A program made the position numbers and the translations under genes. The notes under the pieces are model-generated. The model made no database searches and had not been told where the DNA came from. It saw nothing but the letters and a program-made list of their open reading frames with translations. A DNA stretch of 64,000 bases, from contig JAXLQI010000003.1 of NCBI GenBank assembly GCA_046331685.1, positions 102,960 through 166,959 of the forward strand, read 5' to 3'. Every line of letters starts with the position of its first letter. Position 1 is the stretch's first letter. This DNA is from Candidatus Micrarchaeia archaeon (GTDB taxonomy: Archaea; Micrarchaeota; Micrarchaeia; Anstonellales; Bilamarchaeaceae). This document shows, in pieces, positions 1-10,147 of the stretch.

Positions 1-828
1 TTTCCACCTATGGCCCTCCAGAAGAAATACTGCATCGGGAGGGTGATCGTCATGATCGCGAGCGTCTGCACGATGATGAGCGCGAGATAGAGCATGATCA
101 CGACCGCGAGGAACAAGACGTTCACCATCGCGAGGAAGAATCCGAAGCTGAGCAGCTGGGATATCACCCCGAAGACCGCCCCGACGACCAGGCCTACTGC
201 GATCTCCGCTATGAAGAACACCACGCTGGCCGCGAGATTACCGCGCACAAGCGCTATCGAGCTTCTCATCGCCTCGATGCCTCCGGAACCGTTCACAGCG
301 ATCTCGAGCTGGGTGAACTGGAGGAAGAAGCCCGCGGTTATCAGGATCAGGATGGCTGCGATCAGCGTCAGCGGGATCAGAATCACGAGCGTCGTGCCGC
401 CTCCACCAGCTATGAACATCAAAGAGAGTGGGACGAGTAGCATACCGCATATCAAGGCCGCCATCACGAGCCCGTAGACGAGATACGGGACGAACATCCT
501 CTTCCCGTTCTCGATGATCGGGACGCCCTTCGGGGCGGCGTCGACGATATTGAAGCAGGTCAGGTGCAATGCCCCGGCGAATATCAGGAGGGGCATGATG
601 ATTGCAGCGGATACTACGATGCCGGCGATGGTCATGGCGCCGATCCCTCCGGCGAAGCTCACGATCCCGAAGAAGACCACGGCCGCGGCTATGATGCCGC
701 AGGCCAGGTATATGGCGAATGTGAGGGCCATGACCTTGAGGAATCCGGCGATCAGGTGCCTGTGGTTTTTCGCGACGAAGCCGAGAGACCTCTCTATCGA
801 CGAGAAAACCGTTTCAAGACTGCCCATG
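1..828 (-). CDS. Multi-pass integral membrane protein. Partial: the C-terminus runs off the window start.
   Basis: Reverse-strand ATG at 826-828. The translation MGSLETVFSSIERSLGFVAKNHRHLIAGFLKVMALTFAIYLACGII... stays open to position 1 and has multiple long hydrophobic helices. It is missing from the ORF track because no stop lies inside the window. Confidence 0.5.
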
Positions 829-1035
829 ATAGCATAGGCCTGGCATATCTTTAAAAAGCCGATATATCATATTATCCTAGTCAGCGGTCATAGGAAGGGG
901 GTAAAACCTGATCCCTTTTCGAACTCAGAAGTTAAGACCCTTCACGGTGACACGAGTACTGCCCTCCGGGCGGGAAAATTCACTGCTGCTGACACTCATC
1001 TTCATTTTTATATTCCCTCCAGTCTTATTCTTGTC

Positions 1036-1284
1036 ATGGATCATCAGGAACGGGCCAGGAAGGATCTCGAGAAGCTGGAGCGGATGCTCCATATCTTCCG
1101 CAAGCTCGGCTTCGATCGGAAATATCCGGCCATCACCGGATACGCGGAGAATTACGGGGCCGACGCGAAGCACTTCTACGAAGAAGGGGATTATTTCACG
1201 TCGTTCGGCGCAGCCAACTATGCATACGGCTTCATCGATGCCATCCTCGTGATCGAAGGGAAGAAAGATGAGCACATCCTCTGA
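1036..1284 (+). CDS. Small conserved archaeal protein immediately upstream of, and overlapping, ksgA. Possibly DUF357-like.
   Basis: 82 aa. It overlaps the ksgA start by 17 nt, consistent with an operon. The context resembles the archaeal Dim1 neighbourhood. The family assignment is from memory only. Confidence 0.4.
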   Translation: MDHQERARKDLEKLERMLHIFRKLGFDRKYPAITGYAENYGADAKHFYEEGDYFTSFGAANYAYGFIDAILVIEGKKDEHIL

Positions 1285-2035
1285 TGCCGGCAGGAAGCGG
1301 AAGAAGTCGCTCGGCCAGTGTTTCCTCGAAGACAGGAACACGCTCGCCCTCGAAGCCCGTCTCGCCCGGTGCGACGGTAAGGTTGTGCTCGAGATCGGGG
1401 CCGGGGACGGGAGGCTGACCGCGGCCGTGCTCGCAGAGCGGCCGAAGAGGCTGATCGCGGTCGAGAAGGACGGGGGATTCGCCGCAGTACTGAGGGAACG
1501 GTTCTCAGGGCGAGGCGATGTCGAGATAATCGAGGCCGATTTCTTGCAGACCGAGCCGCAGAAAGTGGATATCGTCATCGGCAACATCCCTTATTACATC
1601 TCGTCAGACATAGTTTTCCGCCTGAGAGATTACGGCTTCAGCCGGGCAGTCCTGATGGTCCAGAAGGAGTTCGCGCAGAAGATGGCCGCTTCTCCGGGCG
1701 ATGGAAACTTCGGCAGGCTGAGCGTGACCTCCCAGATCGCGTTCAGGATATCCTACGAGCGCACCGTCCTGCGCCACCTCTTCCGGCCGGTCCCGAAGGT
1801 CGATTCGGCCATAATCACTCTCGAGCCGACGGGGAAGCGCCTGACGCCGTTCGAGGAGAACATCATCCGCTGGATATTCCAGCACAAGAACCAGACGGTC
1901 CGCAACTCCCTCCTGCATTCCAAGATGTTCACGGACGCGGACATCGGCCGCCTCGGGGATCTCCAGAAGCGCCGGGGCCGCACGCTCGCGAAGGACGAGT
2001 GCCTCGAGATCGCGCGCCTTCTCGAAAATGTTTAA
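1268..2035 (+). CDS. rsmA: 16S rRNA (adenine1518/1519-N6) dimethyltransferase KsgA/Dim1
   Basis: Motifs GQCFLED, VLEIGAGDGRLT (SAM-binding) and NIPYYISS (the NLPY-type catalytic motif). 255 aa. Confidence 0.9.
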   Translation: MSTSSDAGRKRKKSLGQCFLEDRNTLALEARLARCDGKVVLEIGAGDGRLTAAVLAERPKRLIAVEKDGGFAAVLRERFSGRGDVEIIEADFLQTEPQKVDIVIGNIPYYISSDIVFRLRDYGFSRAVLMVQKEFAQKMAASPGDGNFGRLSVTSQIAFRISYERTVLRHLFRPVPKVDSAIITLEPTGKRLTPFEENIIRWIFQHKNQTVRNSLLHSKMFTDADIGRLGDLQKRRGRTLAKDECLEIARLLENV

Positions 2036-2068
2036 ATACTGAAGGGAGTTAGCATAAGCGGTGATGGT

Positions 2069-2350
2069 ATGGCAAAGACATTTTCTGAGATCCGGGACGA
2101 ATTGCGCTCCCTCAAAGACGAGATTTTCATGAGCGGCGAGAACGCCGATATGAAGCTCGTCGCGAGCTACCTCGATCGGCTTGTCCTGTCGGTCGACAGC
2201 CTCGCGGAGACCCTTGAAGGGCTCGAAGCGAGCATGGAGCAGATTGGCTCCTGCTGCGAAAGCTGCGAGGATATGACGATGGCTAAATCAAAACCGAAGG
2301 CCAAGGCGAAGCCGAAGAAGAAATCGCCGGCCAAGAAGAAAAGGAAGTAA
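2069..2350 (+). CDS. Hypothetical small protein with a Cys cluster and a lysine-rich C-terminal tail
   Basis: 93 aa. Contains CCESCED followed by KSKPKAKAKPKKKSPAKKKRK, a possible nucleic-acid-binding tail. Confidence 0.4.
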   Translation: MAKTFSEIRDELRSLKDEIFMSGENADMKLVASYLDRLVLSVDSLAETLEGLEASMEQIGSCCESCEDMTMAKSKPKAKAKPKKKSPAKKKRK

Positions 2351-2378
2351 TTTTTTTATTTTTTCTTTAGTTTTTCCA
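2351..2378 (+). terminator. Oligo-T archaeal-type terminator after the small ORF
   Basis: The run tttttttattttttctttagttttt lies directly after the TAA stop. Confidence 0.45.
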
Positions 2379-2389
2379 AAGGTGCGTCT

Positions 2390-3256
2390 ATGATGTCCAT
2401 GAAACTCGTCCCGCTGATAATGCTTCTTGTTCTCGCGTTCGGTTGCGCGCAGGCCCCGCCCCAGCCCCAGGCTCCGGCCCAGCCTGCGAAGAATGCCACG
2501 CAGCAGAACCAGATCCCCCCCACGGTTGTGAATACCGATGAGAACGCCACCCCGCCGGCTCCAGAGCCCGCTCCTCCGGTGAAGCCCGAAGCCCCGGCCA
2601 TCCCATCGAAGGAGATCTCCTACTACTCCGGAGGCTGGGTGATATATGGCACACTTTATCCGTCGCAGAGCAAGACCCCGACGAGGACGATCATCCTGGC
2701 GCCCATGCTCGGCGCGGACCGGACCTCTTATCCATCCGGATTCATAAAGAAGCTCCATGACCAGATGCCTAACGCGATCGTCCTAGCAATCGATATGCGC
2801 GGGAACGGCAAGAGCACGAACCTCGGCTCATACCGTGATTTCGATACCGCGACCTACAAGGACATGCGGGCGGATATAATCGGCGCCGACAAATATCTCG
2901 GCGCGAACTATCCGACGGTGAAAGCATATTATGTGGTGGGGGCGAGCATGGGCTCGACAGCAGCGCTCCTCGCTGGAGCCCAGTTCCACAAGATCGAGAA
3001 GGTGGCAATGCTCTCGCCGGGCATGGATTATCAGGGCGTCGAGATCGCCAAGTCGTTGCCTGATTACAGCCAGCCTCTGTTCGTCGCGGCGACGTCGGGC
3101 GACGCCGAATCGGTCACCGCCGCTTCGCAGATCGCTTCGATGGGCCAGCCCGGGCAGGTGACGAAGGAGATATACAAAGGGAGCTCTGCGCACGGCACGG
3201 AGATGTTCGACGGGACCGCTCTGGAGGCCGACCTCCTCTCGTTCCTCGAGAACTAG
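2390..3256 (+). CDS. Secreted (lipoprotein-type signal) alpha/beta hydrolase with a Pro/Gln-rich linker
   Basis: Signal peptide plus LAFGC lipobox. [10 protein letters not shown] linker follows. GxSxG nucleophile elbow VVGASMGST. Confidence 0.6.
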   Translation: MMSMKLVPLIMLLVLAFGCAQAPPQPQAPAQPAKNATQQNQIPPTVVNTDENATPPAPEPAPPVKPEAPAIPSKEISYYSGGWVIYGTLYPSQSKTPTRTIILAPMLGADRTSYPSGFIKKLHDQMPNAIVLAIDMRGNGKSTNLGSYRDFDTATYKDMRADIIGADKYLGANYPTVKAYYVVGASMGSTAALLAGAQFHKIEKVAMLSPGMDYQGVEIAKSLPDYSQPLFVAATSGDAESVTAASQIASMGQPGQVTKEIYKGSSAHGTEMFDGTALEADLLSFLEN

Positions 3257-4362
3257 AGCCCGAACAGCCCTTTCTTTTTCTCATTCCCTTCTTTTTCCAG
3301 CTCCTCGAGGAGATCCTTCTGCCTCCTGCTCAGGCTCTTCGGCACCTCGATCACGACCCGCACAAGCTCATCGCCCCTGCCGCCCCTGCCAAGCCGGGGC
3401 ATCCCCTCCCCTTTGAGGCGGAAGACGGTGTGCGAGCTGGTCCCCGGAGGGATGTGGAGCCGGTCATGGCCGGAGAGAGTGGGCACATCGATCGCCCCTC
3501 CAAGGGCCGCCCTGCTGAAGCTTATCGGGACTTCGATCCGCAGGTCGTCGTTGTCGCGCTCGAAGACCTCATGGCTGCCGACGTCGACGCGCACGAACAG
3601 GTCCCCGGGACCGTCGCGCCCGTACTCCCCGAGATCCTCGAGGCGCAGCCTCATCCCGCTGTGGATCCCGGCCGGGATTCCGACTTTTATGTGCTCGTTC
3701 GAGCTCGCCTTCCCATTGCCGCCGCAGCTGTGGCACGGCTTCTCGACCACGCTGCCTTCGCCCCTGCACCTGCCGCAAGTCGTGACCGTGAAAAATGACA
3801 TCGGGCCCGCCCTCCTGGCCTGCTGGACCTGGCCTCTGCCCCCGCATGTGCCGCAGGTCTTCCTCTCGCTTCCTGGTTCGGAGCCGCTCCCGCCGCATCT
3901 TGAGCAGGCCTTGCTCCGGTGATAGCTGATATCTTTCTTGACGCCTTTCGCGGCTTCCTCGAGGGTTATCCGGACCACGGTCTCGAGATCAGCTCCATAT
4001 TCCCGCGCTCTCCCTCCTCGCCCCCGGGGACCGAATGACCCGAATATCCCCCCGAAAGGGTCGAAGCCGAAGCTCCGGAAGACCTCCTCGAAATCAGAGA
4101 AATCCGCGCTCCTGAAGATGTCCTCCTGCGAATACATCTGGTCGAAGCCGGCGTGGCCGTACTGGTCGTACTCCGCCCTTTTCTTCTCATCGCTCAGCAC
4201 CGCGTATGCTTCAGATATCTCCTTGAACCTCTCAGTCGCCGATTCGTCCTTGTTCCGGTCCGGATGGTATTTCAGCGCAAGCTTTCGGTATGCGCTCTTT
4301 ATCTCGTCTGCGCTCGCGTTCCTCGCTACGCCGAGGATCTCGTAATAGTCCCTTTTTGTCAT
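3253..4362 (-). CDS. dnaJ: Molecular chaperone DnaJ
   Basis: J-domain DYYEILGV...KYHPDRN. Gly-rich region. Four CxxCxGxG zinc-finger repeats. 369 aa. Confidence 0.9.
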   Translation of the reverse strand: MTKRDYYEILGVARNASADEIKSAYRKLALKYHPDRNKDESATERFKEISEAYAVLSDEKKRAEYDQYGHAGFDQMYSQEDIFRSADFSDFEEVFRSFGFDPFGGIFGSFGPRGRGGRAREYGADLETVVRITLEEAAKGVKKDISYHRSKACSRCGGSGSEPGSERKTCGTCGGRGQVQQARRAGPMSFFTVTTCGRCRGEGSVVEKPCHSCGGNGKASSNEHIKVGIPAGIHSGMRLRLEDLGEYGRDGPGDLFVRVDVGSHEVFERDNDDLRIEVPISFSRAALGGAIDVPTLSGHDRLHIPPGTSSHTVFRLKGEGMPRLGRGGRGDELVRVVIEVPKSLSRRQKDLLEELEKEGNEKKKGLFGL

Positions 4363-4366
4363 AAAA

Positions 4367-4663
4367 CTACCGGTACATGTTGTTGTTCTCCCTCATCATC
4401 TGGTCCCAGATCCGCACGACCGAAGCCGCCCATGCGGTGTCCGGGTCTATCGTTTCCTCGCGGGTGTGGAGCGGCGCCTTCTCCTTCCCGGAGAGGACGC
4501 TGTAGGCTTCGTTGATCTCCTTGAACCTCTCGGTGGCGCCGGGCTCGTGGTTGCGGTCCGGATGGTAGAGCATGGCGAGCCTCCGATAGGCCCGCCGTAT
4601 CTCATCCTTCCCCGCCTTCTTGGACACCCCGAGGATCCCATGGTAGTCTTTCGCGCGAATCAC
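4367..4663 (-). CDS. J-domain-only protein, an extra DnaJ-like co-chaperone between dnaK and dnaJ
   Basis: 98 aa. YHGILGV...LYHPDRN has the HPD motif. There is no zinc-finger or C-terminal domain. It sits 4 nt from dnaJ and 6 nt from dnaK. Confidence 0.6.
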   Translation of the reverse strand: MIRAKDYHGILGVSKKAGKDEIRRAYRRLAMLYHPDRNHEPGATERFKEINEAYSVLSGKEKAPLHTREETIDPDTAWAASVVRIWDQMMRENNNMYR

Positions 4664-4669
4664 CAGGCC

Positions 4670-6559
4670 TCACTTCTTCTCGTCCACTTTCTCATAAGAG
4701 CCTTCGACGACATCTTCCCCCGGACCGCCTTTCTTCTTGCCCTTCTTCACATGCTCGTACCCGGGATCCCCGCCCTCCCCCGGACCTCCTTCCCCCGTCC
4801 CGGGCCCTCCCTGCTGCTGGCCGTACATCGCTCCGCCGATCTCCTGGAGGGCTTTCTTCAGGCTTTCGGTCTCGCTCCTTATCTTCGCCACGTCCTCGCC
4901 GGTCATCGCATCCTCGAGTCTCTTCTGTGCGGAGCTTACCTTGTCGAAGATCTCCTTTGAGATCTTGTCCTTGTACTCCTCGATGGTCTTCTTGGAGATA
5001 TATATCATGCCCTCGGCCTCGTTCTTCGCCGTGGCGAGTTCGAAAGCCTTCTTGTCGGCGTCGGAGAACTTGTCGGCCTCAGCCATCTTGGCCTTGATCT
5101 CGCTATCCTGCATCTTTAGCGGCGCAGTCACACGCATGCTCTGCTCCTTCCCCGTCGCCTTGTCCTTTGCGCTCACATGCAGGATGCCGTTCGCGTCTAT
5201 GTCGAACGTCACTTCGACCTGTGGCATCCCCCTAGGAGCCGGGGGTATCCCCATCAGGGTGAACTTTCCCAGCGATACGTTGTCTCTCGCCATCGGCCTC
5301 TCCCCCTGGAGGATGTGGATGTCGACGGCCGTCTGCATGTCGCTCGCTGTCGAGAAGACCTGGCTCTTCTTTGTCGGTATCGTGGTGTTCCGTTCTATGA
5401 GCGCAGTCCTGACCCCGCCGAGCGTCTCGAGGCCTAGCGTCAGCGGCGTCACGTCCAGGAGCAGTATGTCCTTGACCTCTCCGGAGAGGACCCCCCCCTG
5501 GACGGCGGCCCCCATGGCCACGCATTCCATCGGGTCGATCCCGCGCTCCACTTTCTTCCCTATCGTGTCCTCCACGAATTTCTGGACTATGGGCATCCTT
5601 GTCGGCCCGCCGACCAGTATGATCTTGTCGATGTCGTTGGGGGTGAGCTTCGCGTCCTTGAGCGCCTGCTCGACAGGGGCTCTGCACCTCTCGATGACAG
5701 GCCTGATCAGGTCCTCCAGCTTTGCGCGTGTCAGCTTGTGGACGAAATGCTTGGGCTGGTTCTGGATCGAGGCGAGGAACGGCAGATTGACCTCGCTCTC
5801 CACCGTCGTCGAAAGCTCGATCTTCGCCTTCTCCGCGGCTTCGAGGATCCTCTGCTGGGCCTGCCTGTCCTTGGTCATGTCCACCCCGCTCTCTTTCCTG
5901 AACTGGTCGCTCAGGTACTCCGCGATGATCCTGTCCATGTCGGTCCCGCCGAGCTGGGTGTCGCCGCTTGTGGATTTCACCTCGAAGACCCCGCCTCCGA
6001 AATCCATTATCGTGACATCCAGGGTGCCGCCTCCGAGGTCGAAGACGAGGATCTTCATGTCCTTCCCGGCCTTGTCCATTCCGTATGCGAGGCATGCCGC
6101 CGTGGGCTCGTTCACGAGCCGCACCACCTCGAGGCCGGCTATCGATCCGGCGTCCTTGGTCGCCTGCCTCTGGTTGTCGTTGAAATATGCCGGGACGGTT
6201 ATCACCGCCTTGTCGACGGTCTCGCCGAGGAACTCCTCGGCGTCCTTCTTTATCTTCTGGAGTATGAACGCTGAGAGCTCCTGGGGCCGGTATTCTTTCC
6301 CGAAGATCGTGTATCTGTAGTCGGTCCCCATCTTCCTCTTGAAGGCAGAGACCGTCCCCTCCGGATTCGCCACCGCCTGCCTCCTCGCAGGTTCGCCGAT
6401 GATCCTCTGGCCGTCGCGGGTGAGGGCCACATAGCTCGGGAATGCCTTCCCGTATTGCGTTATGCCCTCCGCGCTCGGTATTATCTTCGGCCTGCCGCCT
6501 TCAAGGAAGGCTGCGGCGCTGTTGCTGGTCCCAAGATCGATTCCTATGATTTTTCCCAT
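4670..6559 (-). CDS. dnaK: Hsp70 chaperone DnaK
   Basis: Typical Hsp70 sequence throughout, including [13 protein letters not shown] and DLGGGTLDV. 629 aa. Confidence 0.95.
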   Translation of the reverse strand: MGKIIGIDLGTSNSAAAFLEGGRPKIIPSAEGITQYGKAFPSYVALTRDGQRIIGEPARRQAVANPEGTVSAFKRKMGTDYRYTIFGKEYRPQELSAFILQKIKKDAEEFLGETVDKAVITVPAYFNDNQRQATKDAGSIAGLEVVRLVNEPTAACLAYGMDKAGKDMKILVFDLGGGTLDVTIMDFGGGVFEVKSTSGDTQLGGTDMDRIIAEYLSDQFRKESGVDMTKDRQAQQRILEAAEKAKIELSTTVESEVNLPFLASIQNQPKHFVHKLTRAKLEDLIRPVIERCRAPVEQALKDAKLTPNDIDKIILVGGPTRMPIVQKFVEDTIGKKVERGIDPMECVAMGAAVQGGVLSGEVKDILLLDVTPLTLGLETLGGVRTALIERNTTIPTKKSQVFSTASDMQTAVDIHILQGERPMARDNVSLGKFTLMGIPPAPRGMPQVEVTFDIDANGILHVSAKDKATGKEQSMRVTAPLKMQDSEIKAKMAEADKFSDADKKAFELATAKNEAEGMIYISKKTIEEYKDKISKEIFDKVSSAQKRLEDAMTGEDVAKIRSETESLKKALQEIGGAMYGQQQGGPGTGEGGPGEGGDPGYEHVKKGKKKGGPGEDVVEGSYEKVDEKK

Positions 6560-6668
6560 TCATTCCACCTCTGATCATGATGCTATCCCGACGGGCACCT
6601 TCGCCTGCGGAACCCCTTTCTTCATCTCCTTCCTGCTTGATTCTGTCCCATTCTCCATTTCAGCCACC

Positions 6669-7196
6669 TCATTTCCCTTTGCCAACCACGACCTTGGCGT
6701 GCCTGAGCACCTTGCCGCGGTAAACGTACCCCTTCACGATCTCCTCGACTATCCTCCCCTCCTCCCCGTCTCCGGAGCGGAGGGCGTCATGCTTGTAGGG
6801 ATCGAACCTCTCGCCCAGGCTCCGCATCTGCTCGACGCCTTCTTTCCGCAGGAGGTCCTGGAGCTTCGAATATATAAGCTCTATCCCGTGCTTGAACTCC
6901 TTCGCGCTCGCCTTGTCTATATGGCCGATCGCAATCTCGAATTCATCGACGACCGGCAGGATCTTGAGCAGCATCTCCGCGCCTGCGTTCTCCCTCAGCA
7001 TCTCGTTCTCCCGGACGCTCCTCTTCTTGAAGTTGTCGAACTCGGCCGCGAGGCGGACAAGCCTTTCCTCGAGCTCGCCCGCTTTCTTCTCGCTTTCGGC
7101 GAGCCGCTCCTCTATCGGTTTTGCCGCCGGATCGGCCGGGGTCCCCCCCTCGGTTCCTGTGTCAGCGTTCTTTTCCTTTTCCGTAAATACCACCAT
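6669..7196 (-). CDS. grpE: Nucleotide exchange factor GrpE
   Basis: 175 aa. Coiled-coil N-terminus plus a GrpE C-terminal beta-domain. It lies first in the grpE-dnaK-J-dnaJ operon. Confidence 0.8.
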   Translation of the reverse strand: MVVFTEKEKNADTGTEGGTPADPAAKPIEERLAESEKKAGELEERLVRLAAEFDNFKKRSVRENEMLRENAGAEMLLKILPVVDEFEIAIGHIDKASAKEFKHGIELIYSKLQDLLRKEGVEQMRSLGERFDPYKHDALRSGDGEEGRIVEEIVKGYVYRGKVLRHAKVVVGKGK

Positions 7197-7347
7197 TCCG
7201 CATCCGGGCCGGAGCCCATACGGCAGTCTGAACTTTAATAACGTTCTTCTCCGCCCTGGTTTTTCATGTTTTGCTATTTGTTGATTTATTTAACAAATTG
7301 TTTAATATTACGAAAGATTTTTAAATTTTCATGCGGGAACATAATTC
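7197..7347. promoter_or_regulatory. AT-rich divergent promoter/operator region between grpE and a wHTH regulator gene
   Basis: About 150 bp that is strongly AT-rich in a GC-rich genome. It contains the near-palindrome TTAACAAATTGTTTAA and TATA-like runs facing both directions. Confidence 0.45.
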
Positions 7348-7749
7348 ATGGTGCAGAGAAGATATTACCGCCAGATAGTCATCCGGTATATCTCTGTCCC
7401 CGTCCACGACGAAAACGCTGAAGCCGACATGGATTATATCTATCAGTGCCTGGGGCTCGGCGATGAGAGGGACGATGTCGGGCGGGCGGTGTTCCGTGCT
7501 ATTGTGAAAGCGAGCATGCGAGGGGAAGGGATCTCATCCCGTGATATCATGTCCCTGAATGAGGTGAGCCAGGCGGCCGTGATCTACCATCTCAACCTTT
7601 TCCAGCGCTCAGGCCTCCTGGTCAAGGATGGCCGGAACTATTTCCTCAGGGCGCCCACTCTCGAGCAGACCCTGGAAGAGATGGAGAATGACGTCCACCG
7701 CAGGTTCGAGAACCTCAGGTCGATAGCGAAGAAGATAGCGCCGCGCTGA
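7348..7749 (+). CDS. Winged-helix transcriptional regulator. Candidate heat-shock regulator of the divergent dnaK operon.
   Basis: 133 aa. A helix-turn-helix-like segment (ISSRDIMSLNEVSQAAVIYHLNLFQRSGLL) sits divergent to grpE. Confidence 0.45.
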   Translation: MVQRRYYRQIVIRYISVPVHDENAEADMDYIYQCLGLGDERDDVGRAVFRAIVKASMRGEGISSRDIMSLNEVSQAAVIYHLNLFQRSGLLVKDGRNYFLRAPTLEQTLEEMENDVHRRFENLRSIAKKIAPR

Positions 7750-7796
7750 TTGTGAAGAAAGAGTGTGGGGGCCGCGCCCCCCCTGAAGAAAAAAAA

Positions 7797-8714
7797 TTAT
7801 TTCGCGCCGTAGAGGACGACATTGTAGCTCCGGTCGTAGGACAGCGGCTGCCACTGCGTCTCCGAAGCGATCCCGGTCTGCTCGTTGAGGCTGAGCAGCA
7901 TCTCCTTCGTGTAGTCGTTGCCGGTGGTCTGCCGGTCGCCGGCGGCGAAGTGCACGTTTATCTTGTCGCTGATCAGGTTCACCTCTTCGGTCTGCTCGAC
8001 CCTCATGACGACCCAGTACCTGCCTTTGGCGAGGCTCGGGTTGTCCTGGAAATCGAAGGTGATCCAGTTGTCGGAGAGGGTGGTCACGGTTATCGGCCGG
8101 GTCACGCTCGAGACCACGCTGCCGGGCTTCCCTCCCTGGTCCTTCCTGAGCTCCACGACGATGTTGGTCGAAGGCTGGGTCCGGAAGTCTATCCTTTTCA
8201 TGAAGATCCGCACCTTGTCGGCCTTGATCCCGTCGTTACCGACGTCGAAGGCCATCGCCCTCCATTCCTTGAATGACACAGAGTCATAGTCAAGCCCTTT
8301 CGTGTCCTCGTTTCCGAGGGGGACGACCTTGAGGTCCCGCGAATACACGACATCGCCGTCGCTCTCGACCGTCAGTTTGATGGTGCCGTCATAAGACGGG
8401 AAGTACTCCAGCTTGAGCGGCTCCGTGGCGTTGGTGTCAGGGGTCGCGCTCGCGGCCTCCTTGCCATCGAGCTTGAGGACGATGCTCTTACCAGCTGCGC
8501 ATGTGACGGTGGCGGTGATGCTGGAAGTCATGGACGTCACTCCGTCCTGTGGGTCCGAGAATGAATAGCTCGGTTTGCACTCCTCCGGTCCTCCGCTCGG
8601 CCCTGGTAGCGGGCCTGGTCCTGCCGTCGTGCCGTTTTTCGGCGTTCCGGTCCCTCCGCCCGTGCAGCCGAAAAGGAGCACGGCGGCTAATAGGAATATT
8701 GCCAGATATCTCAT
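7797..8714 (-). CDS. Secreted lipoprotein, hypothetical, probably beta-rich / Ig-like
   Basis: Signal peptide MRYLAIFLLAAVLLFGC, then a Gly/Thr/Pro linker. 305 aa. Confidence 0.5.
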   Translation of the reverse strand: MRYLAIFLLAAVLLFGCTGGGTGTPKNGTTAGPGPLPGPSGGPEECKPSYSFSDPQDGVTSMTSSITATVTCAAGKSIVLKLDGKEAASATPDTNATEPLKLEYFPSYDGTIKLTVESDGDVVYSRDLKVVPLGNEDTKGLDYDSVSFKEWRAMAFDVGNDGIKADKVRIFMKRIDFRTQPSTNIVVELRKDQGGKPGSVVSSVTRPITVTTLSDNWITFDFQDNPSLAKGRYWVVMRVEQTEEVNLISDKINVHFAAGDRQTTGNDYTKEMLLSLNEQTGIASETQWQPLSYDRSYNVVLYGAK

Positions 8715-8761
8715 ATGATAACCTCCCTGTCCATATCCATCTGGAAAATTTAAATAACAGA

Positions 8762-9595
8762 CTACTTCGATCCGAATATCTCGGGCTTCTGCATTGCGAT
8801 AGCCGCGGCCATCGCGTCGGCCAGCTCGCCGACTTTTTCATATGCATTGTGCTGCTCCAGGTAGGATGCGGCGTAGTCTCCGCCCGTGTACGCATCCACC
8901 GATGCTTTGAGGTGGATCATCTCGCCGTCGGTCATTTTTTCCAGATCAGTCTTCTTCAGGCCGGGATTCGTCCTGGAGAGCAGATCCGCCAGAGCGGCCG
9001 ACCCGGAAGCCATATCGCTTTCAGCCGCGGCTTTGGCCGTGGCGTTTTTCGCCCTGACCGCCGCGGCGTAATCAGCGAGCGACCCGATCCTCTTCGTCCA
9101 GATCCTCTGGAACTCATAACCTGCGTCTGCGCCGTAGATGCTTGTGAACGCGTTCGATAGCGCGGCCGAGTTCTCGTCGAGCGATGCGGCAGTGGCATTG
9201 AATGAGGATGATCCGTCGTAGGCGGCCCTCGCGGCGGAGATGGCGAGAGCCGTGTGCTCACGCTCGATCGAATTGAGCATCACCCTCAGGCTCGCTGCTT
9301 TGGACGCTGTGTCCGCGCTTCCGGCGGCCGCCTGGTCCTGCGTTCTCCGGAGGTCGGCCTTGCAGGAATCCAGGTTCGCCTGGGATGAACGGAGGCTTCC
9401 ATTGCACGAGTTCAGGCTCGCCGCGGCCTTGGCAAGAGCATCGGAGTTCTTCGCCAAGCTCATCTCGGCGAGTGTCGCCCTCTTCTCGAGAGCGGATTCT
9501 GTCCCGGAGGCAATCGCGCTGGACAGCACGAATCCGACGACGAGACAAATCAGGCCGACTGCAGCGATCATCTTCAGCGGGTTTTCCTCTTTCAT
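8762..9595 (-). CDS. Membrane-anchored Ala/Ser-rich hypothetical protein
   Basis: An N-terminal TM helix (MIAAVGLICLVVGFVL) is followed by an Ala-rich, probably helical, ectodomain. Confidence 0.45.
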   Translation of the reverse strand: MKEENPLKMIAAVGLICLVVGFVLSSAIASGTESALEKRATLAEMSLAKNSDALAKAAASLNSCNGSLRSSQANLDSCKADLRRTQDQAAAGSADTASKAASLRVMLNSIEREHTALAISAARAAYDGSSSFNATAASLDENSAALSNAFTSIYGADAGYEFQRIWTKRIGSLADYAAAVRAKNATAKAAAESDMASGSAALADLLSRTNPGLKKTDLEKMTDGEMIHLKASVDAYTGGDYAASYLEQHNAYEKVGELADAMAAAIAMQKPEIFGSK

Positions 9596-9679
9596 CCAGA
9601 CACCCCCGGAAGCCGATAATGACTCCAGGCAATGCAGTTCCTCCGCCTCGGGGCTTAATAAACCTGACTAAGGCGATGA

Positions 9680-9979
9680 TCAGTACTTGCGGTATACCTC
9701 GCGCACGCCGTCTATCCAGCCGCGCAGGTAATCCTGCCACTCGAGGGGGGTCTCGGAGCGGAGTATCTTATAGTGGTTCGACTCCTTGTGGGGCAGGATG
9801 AGGTCGTCGAATTCGGTCGCGTCCAGCTCGCTCCATTCCCGTATCTCGAAATAATCAGCGTGGTCCTCGGCCCAGATCTTCCCCCGCTCCAGGCCTATGA
9901 AGTACGATTTGGCGCTGCTGGCATCGCGGTTCCTCAACAGCCTTTCGAGTATCTCGGACATTCCAAACCCTCCAACCAT
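9680..9979 (-). CDS. Hypothetical protein
   Basis: 99-aa ORF with protein-like composition. No recognisable motif. Confidence 0.35.
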   Translation of the reverse strand: MVGGFGMSEILERLLRNRDASSAKSYFIGLERGKIWAEDHADYFEIREWSELDATEFDDLILPHKESNHYKILRSETPLEWQDYLRGWIDGVREVYRKY

Positions 9980-10147
9980 TGCTCATTTTTTGTTTATATT
10001 ACTACCTGCCCGCCCCTTCCCCACCGACTGCAATATACTACGCAGACAATGTTTAAAAATATATGCAAATGACTACTTTCTAACACATTTGGCGTTTCCG
10101 GGAAGATGTTTTAATTGTTTCTTTCTATGTATATTTGAGGAGATATT

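Noticed and set aside
4737-6320. 527-aa plus-strand ORF (also 5232..6095 on the minus strand in another frame)
   Set aside because: It is antisense to, or frame-shifted within, dnaK. Its composition is pathological (Ser/Pro-rich on plus, Arg/Gly/His-rich on minus). DnaK is unambiguous.
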